Shown piece by piece: positions 21,248 through 32,412 of a DNA stretch of 42,338 bases; position 1 is the stretch's first letter, and each line of letters opens with the position of its first letter. A program made the translations under genes and the position numbers. This DNA comes from Octopus bimaculoides (taxonomy: Eukaryota). Where the stretch lies: positions 190,474,655-190,516,992 of the forward strand of contig NC_068981.1 of assembly GCF_001194135.2 (NCBI RefSeq), read 5' to 3'. Below the pieces are notes generated by a model, which was not told the origin of the DNA, ran no database searches, and saw only the letters and a list, made by a program, of their open reading frames with translations.

Positions 21248-21671
21248 GTCAAACTATCCAACCCATTTCAGTATGGAACATGGGCAGTAAATAATGATGA
21301 GGAGGAAGATCTCTGTGTTGGGTTGGTATATGTCACAGTGTCACAGTGTGCCATACAGCATATCCTTATCCATTACAGTTCTTTGCCATCTCATCTATGT
21401 GTTTTAATCTTTCTTATTTTTCATCTATTATAAGCATCACATGCTTTCAATAAAACAGTGGCCCACAATGTGTTTGCAGTGTCAGTACTCATACCAACAT
21501 TTGGGCTGCTTGATTTAATGCTTGATGATTTCCTAGCCATTTATTTGAAAACCCTAAAAATACTAACAAGCACATAATTTCCACATAAACAGTGATGTAG
21601 ACCGCCTCTACTTAAAAAAGAAAAGGAAAAACCTTAACTGATGGAATTGTCACAACAGTAATGCTTCTGAT
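21248..21671 (+). repeat. Local direct duplication, copy 2
   Basis: Matches 18812-19238 at an offset of about 2436 bp. Confidence 0.9.
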
Positions 21672-22068
21672 TGCTACTTTTTACATGCCACCAGCATGGA
21701 TGCCAGTCAGGTGGCACTGGCATCGGCCAACATTTGAAGGGTGCTTTTAAATGGGCCAGTTATGTGACACTGGCCATGACTACGATCTCACTTTGCTTGC
21801 CAGGTCTTCTCAAGCACGACATATCTTCAAAGGTATTGGATGCTTGTCATTGCCTCTGCGAGGCCCAACATCCAAAGGTAATGCTTCACCACCTCATCCC
21901 ATGTCTTCCTGGGTCTACTGCTGCCACAAGTTCCCTACACTGTTAGGGTGTGACTCTTCTTCACACAGCTGCCCTCATCTATATGCATCATATGACCATA
22001 CCAGTGCAGTCATCTTTCTTGCACACCACATCAGATGCTTCTTATGCCCAACTTTTCTCTCAGGGTGC
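21672..22068 (-). mobile_element. RTE-clade LINE, 5'-truncated (ORF C-terminus plus part of the 3' UTR)
   Basis: TLREKLGIRSI*CGVQER*LHWYGHMMHIDEGSCVKKSHTLTV*GTCGSSRPRKTWDEVVKHYLWMLGLAEAMTSIQYL*RYVVLEKTWQAK* has the RTE-type (R)L.W.GH and GRPRKTW motifs. The same AVLEKT end precedes the GAT-tailed module at 30340, which links those modules to this LINE. Confidence 0.9.
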
Positions 22069-22159
22069 ACTGGTCGTCAAACATTGGCAAGAGACAAACA
22101 CAAAGACACACATAGGCATACATAAATAGATATATAGTCATATGACAGGCTTCCACACA

Positions 22160-22428
22160 GTTGATCTGGACCTTTTTTGAAGGTCATCACTGGTGAAAAA
22201 AGCTGGTGCTACAGAATTTTCAGATGTAGAACAAGTGTGTAAAAAAACGACTGAGGTGCTAAAAAGCATCACTTCACTAGAGTTCTGGCACTGCTTCAAA
22301 CAGTGGAAAACGCATCCAGACCAATGCATTGTTTCAAATGGAGAATACTTTGAAGGCAATAAAAGTGTAAAATTAAGTGAATAAAATAAGATTGCAAAAT
22401 TTCGGTTTCTTTTGGGTACCCCATTGTA
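22160..22428 (+). mobile_element. mariner transposon 3' fragment with TIR
   Basis: EFSDVEQVCKKTTEVLKSITSLEFWHCFKQWKTHPDQCIVSNGEYFEG is the mariner C-terminus (W..R...C....G.YFE). Ends AATTTCGGTTTCTTTTGGGTACCCCATTG|TA. Confidence 0.85.
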
Positions 22429-22559
22429 TTGACATATATTTGTGATCCATGAACGAAGACTCAGTCCACAGAATGGCATCACAACTCTTCTCCAAGTCTT
22501 AGGTACCAAAATATAATTAGCAATATATTATATTGGTGTGATGCCAGACCATACTAGCG

Positions 22560-22790
22560 CTATGCTGTGTAATGCGCTGCTGATGCCATGCAAAATGCAC
22601 CACATAAAAAGCACCCAATACACTCTATAAAGTGGTCGGCAGTAGGAAGGGCATCCAACCATGGAAACCTGCCGAAATAGATGACTGGAGCCTGGTGCAG
22701 CACTCTGGTTCATCAGCTCCAGTCAAACCATCCAACCCATGCCAGAATGGAAAGTGGTCACCAAATGATGATGATGATGATGATGTGGTA
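22560..22790 (+). mobile_element. RTE-LINE 3' end with (GAT)n tail
   Basis: AGGAAGGGCATCCAACC...GGAGCCTGGTGCAGC...GTCAAACCATCCAACCCATGCCAG...AAATGATGATGAT. Confidence 0.8.
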
Positions 22791-22929
22791 GAAGATGCCA
22801 GGCTGTACTCATTTGCATATGATAATGAGGTTATTGAATAAACATGGTAAACATTTACAACTGTCTCATGCATCTAGTAATTTTGGTGCATTTATCTTAA
22901 TGAATTTACAAACACACCAATGGCTAAAA

Positions 22930-23695
22930 CTTATGGATAATTCCCATAATAAACCTATGGAGGATAATCCCCATAATAAACCTATGGATAATCCCTATAA
23001 TAAACCTATGGATAATCCCCATGATAAACCTATGAATAATCCTCATAATAAACCTATGGATAATCCCCATGATAAACCTATGGATAATCTCCATAATAAA
23101 CCTATGGATAATCCCCATGATAAACCTATGTATAATCCTCATAATAAACCTATGGATAATCCTCATAATAAACCTATGGATAATCCCCATAATAAACCTA
23201 TGGTGGATAATCCCCATAATAAACCTATGGATAATCCCCATAATAAACCTATGGATAATCCCCATGATAAACCTATGGATAATCCTCATAATAAACCTAT
23301 GGATAATCCCCATGATAAACCTATGGATAATTNNNNNNNNNNNNNNNNNNNNNNNNNNNNNNNNNNNNNNNNNNNNNNNNNNNNNNNNNNNNNNNNNNNN
23401 NNNNNNNNNNNNNNNNNNNNNNNNNNNNNNNNNNNNNNNNNNNNNNNNNNNNNNNNNNNNNNNNNNNNNNNNNNNNNNNNNNNNNNNNNNNNNNNCCATA
23501 ATAAACCTATGGATAATCCCCATAATAAACCTATGGATAATCCCCATGATAAACCTATGGATAATCCTCATAATAAACCTATGGATAATCCCCATGATAA
23601 ACCTATGGATAATTCCCATAATAAACCTATGGATAATCCCCATGATAAACCTATGTATAATCCTCATAATAAACCTATGGATAATCCCCATAGTA
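22930..23695. repeat. 24-bp minisatellite (CATAATAAACCTATGGATAATCCC)n spanning a gap
   Basis: About 25 units are visible around an N gap. Variants AAT/GAT and CCC/CCT, plus two 3-bp insertions. Confidence 0.95.
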
Positions 23696-23714
23696 AACAT
23701 CAACTTTTACTTTT

Positions 23715-24085
23715 TATTTTTCGTTTCAGTCATTTGCACTACAACCATGCTGGAGCACTATCTTGAAGGGCTTAGAGAAAAAAATTGACCCTACTACTTA
23801 TTTCTAAGTCTAATACTTACTTTATAGAACACTTTTGGTGAATTGCTAAGTTATGGAGACATAAACAAACCAACACTGGTCGTCAAATATTGGCAAGCGA
23901 CAAACACAAAGACACACATAGGCATACATAAATAGATATATAGTCATATGACAGGCTTCCACACAGTTTCTGTTTATGAAATTCATTCACACGGCTTTGG
24001 TCAATCTCGGAATATAGTAGCAGACAAATGCCCAAGGAGCCATGCAGTGGGACTGAACCTCAAACCACATGCTTGCAAAACCAAA
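23715..24085 (-). mobile_element. SINE family A (older copy)
   Basis: Reverse complement has head GTGGTTAAGATGTTTGG...GGTTCAGTCCCACTGCATGGC and the family A 3' module. Confidence 0.8.
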
Positions 24086-24087
24086 CA

Positions 24088-24174
24088 TCTTAACCACATC
24101 TTCTACTATAGCCTCGGGCCGACCAAAGCCTTGTGAGTGGATTTGGTAGACGGAAACTGAAAGAACCCATCGTA

Positions 24175-24263
<89 letters not shown>

Positions 24264-24485
24264 ATGTGTGTGTATATGTTTGTGTGCCCGTGTTTGTCCC
24301 TCCAACATCGCTTGACAACTGATGGTGGTGTGTTTACATCCCCGTAACTTAGCGGTTCGGCAAAACAGAACGATGGAATAAATACTAGGCTTACACAGAA
24401 TAAGTCCTGGGGTCGATTTACTCGACTAAAGGCGGTGCTCCAGTATGGCCACGGTCAAATGACTGAAACTAGTAAAAGAGTAAAA
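24088..24485 (+). mobile_element. SINE family A lacking its tRNA head, inverted relative to the adjacent copy
   Basis: Starts at TCTTCTACTATAGCCTCGGGCCGACC, has an expanded (TA)n middle and ends GACTGAAACTAGTAAAAGAGTAAAA. Confidence 0.9.
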
Positions 24486-24595
24486 TTTTAGTCACAATTT
24501 ATGTTCCTAACACTAGCTTAATGATAACTAAGTGATTTTACTAAATTCTTTGTTATATTAGAGCATTTCAACAGAAATATGGTAACAAAAGGGTT

Positions 24596-24967
24596 GTTGT
24601 TGGCACTCCGTCGCTTACGACGTCGAGGGTTCCAGTTGATCCGATCAACGGAACAGCCTTCTCGTGAAATTAACGTGCACTCCACAGACACGTGTACCCT
24701 TAACGTAGTTCTCGGGGATATTCAGCGTGACACAGTGTGACAAGGCTGACCCTTTGAACTACAGGCACAACAGAAACAGGAAGTAAGAGTGAGAGAATGT
24801 TGTGGTGGAAGAGTACAGCAGGGTTCGTCACCATCCCCTGCCGGAGCCTCGTGGAGCATTTGGTGTTTTCGCTCAATAAAGACTCACAACGCTCGGTCCG
24901 GGAATCGAAACCACGGTCCTATGACCGCGAGTTCGCTGCCCTAACCACTGGGCCATTGCGCCTACGC
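24596..24967 (-). mobile_element. SINE family B, full length, with 12-bp target-site duplication
   Basis: tRNA(Arg)-like head GGCGCAATGGCCCAGTGGTTAGGGCAGCGAACTCGCGGTCATAGG...TTCGATTCCC and (AAC)n tail. TSD AACAAAAGGGTT at 24584-24595 and 24968-24979. Confidence 0.92.
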
Positions 24968-24994
24968 AACAAAAGGGTTAACAAATGATTAATA

Positions 24995-25212
24995 TAACCC
25001 ATTTGATACCAACCTGGCTGAAACTGATTCTGGATCAGTAGTACAAATGTTTTGTTTTCAAAAGTTTTGAATTAAAATCTTCCACCAAACCTCAGTCACA
25101 ATTTATGTTCCTAACACCAGCTTAATGATAACTAAGTTATTTGACTAAATTCTTTCTTATATTCAACGTAATTGAAAGAAACACAGAAAATAAATGTAGT
25201 AACGAAAGGGTT
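24995..25212. mobile_element. MITE with TTAA/CCC-type (piggyBac-like) ends
   Basis: Left TAACCCATTTGATACC, right GTAACGAAAGGGTT. Internal AGTCACAATTTATGTTCCTAACAC.AGCTTAATGATAACTAAG is repeated at about 24490-24545 in a second partial copy. A related right end lies near 39120-39145. Confidence 0.6.
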
Positions 25213-25849
25213 GAAAACCAGTAAAATAAAATCAATAGTTTCGGGATGTCTGGATGTAAAGGAAAGAGTGAAATAAAGAAGAAGCAAACAGAGACCGAGT
25301 GTGAAATAATGAAATACGTGTTTGAAAACAAATCACTGGAAGGACATGAAAAGATAACACACAAGCAGAGATGTTAAAGATTTTCCTGTTTTATCACGGT
25401 AGAATCAACTTTCCTGCCAAACCAAATTTCTGTCATGGGTTTGAAGTGTGTCTGCTTGAAGTGTTTTTCCATCGAATTATGTTAGTTGTGATCTTGAAAA
25501 AGGCATAAATGTCACATAATCTCATTTCTCCTCTCTGACGTTCTTTTCCCTTTGTCTACATGAGAAATCAATATTGTTCCGAAAACACAATTGATTAAAT
25601 AATAGAAACTAGAAGTGTAGTGCAGGAGTGGTCAAGGCATTGGATCGGAACTTGAAAGTTCACGTGGTGTGCTGATGTATCACAAGTAAAGGGGCTAAAA
25701 TGTAAATATGAATACAGTGTCATTTACAGTTAAATGTTGTTAGGTATTGTTAGAGATTGGAATAATGTGACAGAAAAGAGAGAATGGGGTTTTAGTGGAT
25801 TGTTGCTGGAGTGTTAGGGTTTAACTCTATGGTCAGAGTAAATATATAT

Positions 25850-25891
25850 ATGTGTGTGTGTATATATATACACACATATATATATATATAG

Positions 25892-25926
<35 letters not shown>

Positions 25927-25961
25927 TATATATATATATACACACACATATATATATTTAC

Positions 25962-25993
<32 letters not shown>

Positions 25994-26017
25994 ACAGAAG
26001 GATAGATAGATAGATAA

Positions 26018-26062
<45 letters not shown>

Positions 26063-26205
26063 GGTAGGTAAGTAGGTAGGTAGGTAGGTAGGTAGGTGGT
26101 AGGTAGGTAGACAGAGAGACAGGCAGGCAGGCAGGTAGGTAAGTAGGTAGACAAACAAACAGACAGACAGACAGATAAACACACAGACAGACAGACTGTT
26201 GTCTT
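25850..26205. repeat. Compound microsatellite (TA)/(CA)/(GA)/(GGTA)/(GGCA)/(GACA)
   Basis: Seen directly in the sequence. Confidence 0.95.
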
Positions 26206-26299
26206 TTGCTGGTTTAGACAGAGTTGTGTGGTTAAGAAACTTGCTCCCCATCCACATAGTTCCCACTTTGGGAAAGTATCTTTCACTATAGGTGCAAGA

Positions 26300-26448
26300 G
26301 TAGCTGTGTGGTTAGTAGCTTCCTTACCAACCACATGGTTCTGGGTTCAGTCCAACTGCGTGGCACCTTGGGCAAGTGTCTTCTACGAAGCAAGCCGACC
26401 AAAGCCTTGTGAGTGGATTTAGTAGACGGAAACTGAAGGAAGCCTGTC

Positions 26449-26455
<7 letters not shown>
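26300..26455 (+). mobile_element. SINE family A 5' half
   Basis: AGCTGTGTGGTTAGTAGCTTCCTTACCAACCACATGGTTCTGGGTTCAGTCC...CCTTGGGCAAGTGTCTTCT. A second degenerate head lies at about 26220-26295. Confidence 0.85.
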
Positions 26456-26485
<30 letters not shown>

Positions 26486-26504
26486 CATGTATCGTCATAG
26501 TCGT

Positions 26505-26895
26505 TATCGTCATTTAACGTCCACTTTCCATGCTGGTATGGGTTGGACGGTTTGACTGAGGACTGGTGAGCCAGAAGGCTGCTCCAGGCTCCAATCTGAT
26601 CTGGCAGAGTTTCTACAGCTGGATGCCCTTCCTAATGCCAACCACTCAGAGTGTGTAGTGGATGCTTTTACGTGCCACCAGCACAAGGCCTAGTCAGGTG
26701 GTACTGGCAACGGCCAAGATCAAATGGTGTTTTTTAAGTGCCACCTGCATGGTAGCCAGATTGGCAGCACTGGCAACGTTGTTTTTCACATGCCACCGGC
26801 ACATGTGCCCTTCCTAACGCTAACCACTCCGAGAGTGTAGTGGGTGCTTTTTATGTGCCACTAGCACGAGGGCCAGTCAGGCAGCACTGGCATAT
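26505..26895 (-). mobile_element. RTE-LINE 3' UTR with internal repeats
   Basis: Reverse complement of the GAT-tailed module, with several GTGCCACC.GCAC sub-repeats. Confidence 0.8.
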
Positions 26896-27519
26896 AGGAT
26901 CATTTTTAAAAATACATAAATCCAGAGGAGAAGCACACTCTAAGATGTAGAGCAGTTAATATTAAAGCAGGGTAGGCCAGTTTATCTTTCCATATTTATG
27001 GGAGACCTGTGGTTTTCATGGAATTGATTGGCCCAGGGCTATAGTAGAAGACACTTGCCCAAGGTGCTGTGCTGTGGGACTGAACCTAAAACTATCTGGT
27101 TGCAAAGCAAGTTTCGTAACCATGCAGTCATGCCTGTACCTAATCAATTATTTAAAGTGCAGCTTCTCGTTGTGCAACTGAAGTTTCAGACAAATATCTG
27201 ATTAACTCCCTTCCCAACTCTTCAGTTTTAAAATGCAGTTTTGCTCTTCACAAATGTTTCTGATCAGAATGCCAAAACTCAAAATCATTATCCACTTTGC
27301 TTGCTTCGTGAAAGATGTAGAAGAATCCATTATGCACAATTCCTCCCTTTACTGTATCTCTTGAATACTTTGTCAGCTGTCACATACATAAATAAAGGTT
27401 ATTTAGTTAAGAATATATTTTTTTAAATGACAAAATTATGCCACAATTGTGACAGTATCCATGCAGCAAATGAACCATAGATATGCCATTTGCTGGCAAG
27501 AACATTAACGCCATTTTTA

Positions 27520-27835
27520 TCTTTTATCCTTTGCTTGTTTCAGCCATTAGACCATGGCCATGCTGGGGCACTGCCTTGAAGAATTTTCGCCAAATGAATT
27601 GACCCCACTACCAATTTATTTTAAGCAACAAACACAGACACAAAGACACACATATACACATAGATACACATATATACATATATATACACACACACACGTG
27701 CGCACGTGCACACACACGCACACACACACATATATATACATATAGCTGAAGACACTTGCTCAAGGTGTCATGCAATAGAACTGAACCGAGAACCATGTAG
27801 TTGGGAAGTAAACTTCTTATCACACATCTCCAATA
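27520..27835 (-). mobile_element. SINE family A-like copy
   Basis: GCCATGCTGGGGCACTGCCTTGAAG 3' module, (CA)n middle and GACACTTGCTCAAGG...GAACCGAGAACCATG head. Confidence 0.8.
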
Positions 27836-29034
27836 TTCCATGTCTGTAGACTAAAATACCAAAAAAAAGAAAAAACAACAAGGTTTAGCAATCAATTTGG
27901 TTGCATCTGCTCTTCTTCATCTTCATTGTTTTAACATCCATTTTTCTGTGGTTGCATGGGTCAGATGGAATTCATTCAGGAAGATTTTTGGTAGCTTGAT
28001 ATCCTTACTCTCATCCATCTTTATTTCTTTCCAACTAATGGAATATTTCTCCATCTCCGTACATAATTTCATGGAAGATTAGAAGTGAATGACACTGTTG
28101 ATATGACAATGGGGCTCGTTTATGAATATTTTGCCAAGAAAAAGAGACACAATTGCACACACATACACACATATATATACACATATATGATGGGCTTATT
28201 TCAGCTTTTGTCTACAGGAGTCATTCACAAGGCTTTGATTGGCCCAGAGCTTCAAAAGAAAACACTTGTCCACAGTGATATTGAACCCAAAACCTCATGG
28301 TTGGGAAGCGAGCTTCTTAACCACACGGCCATGACTGTGCCAAGAATTTTAAAGTACGTAGAATAGAACTGTTTTTCACATAAAAACAAAACAAAAATTT
28401 AATTGCTGCCAAGAAAACTATGATCACAGCCACCATTGTCAGATGAATTTTGCACTAAAATGGTATCGCTAAAAGAGTGGAACCAAAATGATGGTACCAA
28501 AACAGCAGCCCCCAGCATGTACCGAACACACAGCAGTGGGATTAAGTTAGTTTAATGCTAAAATTAGTTATTAAAGTCCAAGTTGTTCTTCTTGAGACAA
28601 TATATCATAAACACTTCACACATTTTAGTGTAACTTTCAAAATAGTTAATTATATAAGAAAAATAAAATTTCCATTTATATATTTTATTATCTGCTAATT
28701 ATTGTTTTGTTGTCTTTTTAGACTTTGCTTCTTTTTGTGATATGCTTTATGCTTTTGTTGTTTATTTGCTTTTGCTGTTCTTTATGTTTAGAGAAAGAAT
28801 TGGTAAAAATAAGACTAAAATTTTGAGGATATTTATGAGAAAATTGTCATTGTTGTTGTTGTTTGTCTTCTTCTTCTTCTTCTTCTTCTTCTTCTTCTTC
28901 TTCTTCTTCTTCTTCTTCTTCTTCTTCTTCTTCTTTTGTTGTAGTCTGGGTGTTGATGGTGCTTGAGGTGAAAAGGATGAAACAAATTATTTGAAGTTTA
29001 TGTGAGTAGAAAGATAACAAAATAATACCAGGAA

Positions 29035-29052
29035 ATAATAATAATAATAATA

Positions 29053-29088
<36 letters not shown>

Positions 29089-30140
29089 TGATGATGATGA
29101 TTTCACTTATTTGTCACAAGGGTGAAGGATGAGGAGGACAATACAAACACAGACATAAAATATTGGGGTTTACAAATAATGAAATGATAAGAAAATAAAA
29201 AAAGAAAGAAGGTATACATGATATATACTGAAAAAGAAGGGACATATGCATAGTATATAAAGGTTTAAATAAAAAGGGGTGACGAGGATGATAGAGATGT
29301 GGCCCTCCTAATACAGGAAGGCCTCTAGGGATAATCGAGGAATCCCATTGTCAGATTTCCCTGAAACCCCAAGCGCAAGTGCCCTCTCCAATTTTTTCTC
29401 TCCAACTCACAGGTCTACACTTAGAGAGGTACCATCCACTCTTGCCATTTTCCCAACTTTCATCCACCTTTTAATAAACTCACTCGAAGACAGCACTTCC
29501 CTCTCAATTTCCTTTCCAAGTGAAACTTGAAGAAGTCAATGAGAGGAAGGTATCTGTCCTCATGCCTTTCATCTTTGTCCATCAAACAATCTCTTTCACC
29601 ACAGTCACCAGGCAAAGGAAAGCTGCCTTTCCTGCCCAATTGAAGGAGGGTGGTGGTGCAATCATCACTATAGACTTGGCCAACAGACAATTCCACCCCA
29701 CATGTAACAGTAGCTGTTTGACATAACCCCACAAGTCAGCAATGCCCGGACACTGACCAAGGGCATGCAGAATGGTTTCATCATTCTGCAAACACCTTGG
29801 ACAAGCCCATCTGACAGCACATCCATGCCTGTAGAGTTTATCTCGAACTGGTAGCATCCCCCAGTAGCTTCCAGGCCAAGAACATCTGGAAATTATCCAT
29901 GGTAGTTCCTAACTGAAAAGTCCTCCAGAACAGACCAGCCAGTTTGTTCTTGCCGGCACCCAGAATCTCTCCGAGCATGATGTCACACTTCCCCAGCATT
30001 AATCCTCTATAAATCTCTAAAGCAGAACATCCACTGATCCCATTGCCCAACTGGTAGAGGGCTGTGAGCATCTGATGACACTTTAGGTGCCAGGTGCCCA
30101 GTCTTGGCCGTTTCTTCACCCAGGACCGCAGCTCCATCAA
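29035..30140 (-). mobile_element. L1/Tx1-like LINE, 5'-truncated, with C-terminal zinc finger, 3' UTR and (ATC)/(ATT) tail
   Basis: LPVRDKLYRHG..CPRCLQNDETILHALGQCPGIADLW is the CxxC...ET..H....C zinc-finger-like C-terminus of L1/Tx1 ORF2. The frame ends KMARVDGTSLSVDL*. The 3' UTR ends AAATAAGTGAA-(ATC)n(ATT)n. Confidence 0.8.
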
Positions 30141-30339
30141 GGAAATGATGATAATAATAATAAGGTAAGAAAAAAGTTTAAATTGAAATTTAATGGTGTA
30201 AATAGTATCTCTGTTATTAACTCCAGTGCTCAAAGCATGATAAGGTATGCAGGTGGTGTAGTCTAATGAACGAAGGATGACCTAAAGATCTTGGTGACAA
30301 AGACCAGAAAATTATTAATCATATGTATGGTATATATGC

Positions 30340-30780
30340 TGTGCTTGAGGAGACCTGGCAAGTCAAGTGAGATCATAACCGTGGCCTATGCCAGTGCAGC
30401 ATAACCAGCCCATTTAAGAGTATGCTTCAATCATTGGGCAATAAACTGTGCTTGCGAAAACCTGTTGAGGCAAGTGAAGTCATTGTCATGGCTGATGCCA
30501 GTACTGCCTGACTGGTTCCTGTGCTGGTGGCACGTAAAAAGCACCATTTGAGCGTGGTTGATGCCAGTACCACCTGACTGGCCCTCGTGCTGGTGGCACG
30601 TAAAAAGCACCCACTACACTATTGAAGTGATTGGCATTAGGAAGGGCATCCAGCTGTAGAAACTTTGCCAGATCAGATTGGAGCCTAGTGCAGCCTCCTG
30701 GCTTGCCAGTCCTCGGTCAAACTGTCCAACCCATGCCAGCTTGGAAAGCGGATGTTAAACGATGATGATGAGGAGGAGGA
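30340..30780 (+). mobile_element. RTE-LINE 3' end (ORF stop, 3' UTR with two internal repeats, GAT tail)
   Basis: GCTGTGCTTGAGGAGACCTGGCAAGTCAAGTGA (AVLEETWQVK*), then two GATGCCAGTAC..CCTGACTGG..C.TGTGCTGGTGGCACGTAAAAAGCACC units and a GAT tail. Confidence 0.88.
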
Positions 30781-31587
30781 GGGCATTCCATCTCCAAGGA
30801 AATGTTGATTGACTATATGTGAAGAGGTGCAAAGGATGANNNNNNNNNNNNNNNNNNNNNNNNNNNNNNNNNNNNNNNNNNNNNNNNNNNNNNNNNNNNN
30901 NNNNNNNNNNNNNNNNNNNNNNNNNNNNNNNNNNNNNNNNNNNNNNNNNNNNNNNNNNNNNNNNNNNNNNNNNNNNNNNNNNNNNNNNNNNNNNNNNNNN
31001 NNNNNNNNNNNNNNNNNNNNNNNNNNNNNNNNNNNNNNNNNNNNNNNNNNNNNNNNNNNNNNNNNNNNNNNNNNNNNNNNNNNNNNNNNNNNNNNNNNNN
31101 NNNNNNNNNNNNNNNNNNNNNNNNNNNNNNNNNNNNNNNNNNNNNNNNNNNNNNNNNNNNNNNNNNNNNNNNNNNNNNNNNNNNNNNNNNNNNNNNNNNN
31201 NNNNNNNNNNNNNNNNNNNNNNNNNNNNNNNNNNNNNNNNNNNNNNNNNNNNNNNNNNNNNNNNNNNNNNNNNNNNNNNNNNNNNNNNNNNNNNNNNNNN
31301 NNNNNNNNNNNNNNNNNNNNNNNNNNNNNNNNNNNNNNNNNNNNNNNNNNNNNNNNNNNNNNNNNNNNNNNNNNNNNNNNNNNNNNNNNNNNNNNNNNNN
31401 NNNNNNNNNNNNNNNNNNNNNNNNNNNNNNNNNNNNNNNNNNNNNNNNNNNNNNNNNNNNNNNNNNNNNNNNNNNNNNNNNNNNNNNNNNNNNNNNNNNN
31501 NNNNNNNNNNNNNNNNNNNNNNNNNNNNNNNNNNNNNNNNNNNNNNNNNNNNNNNNNNNNNNNNNNNNNNNNNNNNNNNNNNNNNNN

Positions 31588-31623
<36 letters not shown>

Positions 31624-32378
31624 TCAGTTCGTATGTAGCAATTCATCATCTGTCATATGAATGACAGGGGTAACTTTTGAAGTATATTTTTTGCCACCAT
31701 GGCTAATATCAGGAAACACAATAATTATAATTCAACTTTTATCAAATTTTTTTGCTGCTTATGCAAAAAGATGAAGTGAATACAAGCTCTCAAAGGAAAA
31801 ATATTCATTAATTCAAGATATAAGTATGAGTGTGTATATATATGTATCTATGTGTGTGTGTGCTTGTATGAACGTGAATAAGTATACATGTATGTATATC
31901 TGAATGTTTGTGTACATGTGCATATGTATGTGTGAGCATTTGTGTATGTGTGTATATGTTTATATTTCTGCATATCTCACTCATATACATACGACCATGT
32001 CTCTATATATTCTCACTTTACCTAATACAAATGTATTTCTCTGTTTAAATTTCAGACAAATATATTTGTATTTATCTTTATTCCTCTCTATAAAACTCGT
32101 CATTGTTTCGCAACTCAAACTGTCGAAATTCCCTGTCAATTAATGAGTCCTGTCGAAATAACCTGTCAATTAATGAGTCTTGTCTTTATTACAATATTTT
32201 CATTATTTTTCATATAACTTTATAAATATGATACAGCTTCAATTTATAATTGACTCTCTCTCTCTCCCTCTCTCTCTCTCCCTCTCTCTCTCCCTCTCTC
32301 CCTCTCCNNNNNNNNNNNNNNNNNNNNNNNNNNNNNNNNNNNNNNNNNNNNNNNNNNNNNNNNNNNNNNNNNNNNNNN

Positions 32379-32412
<34 letters not shown>

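Noticed and set aside
17644-23695. CRISPR-like appearance of the 32-bp and 24-bp repeats
   Set aside because: The units are contiguous with no unique spacers, there are no cas genes, and the context is eukaryotic.
22795-23766. Resemblance of the periodic Met-Asp repeat to cephalopod reflectin motifs
   Set aside because: Reflectins are rich in Tyr, Arg and Trp with MD(X)5 spacing. Here the spacing is MD(X)6, those residues are essentially absent, and the ORF follows from unit composition.
32120-32180. Two-unit 30-bp tandem duplication CTGTCGAAAT..CCTGTCAATTAATGAGT
   Set aside because: An ordinary small slippage duplication with no further structure.
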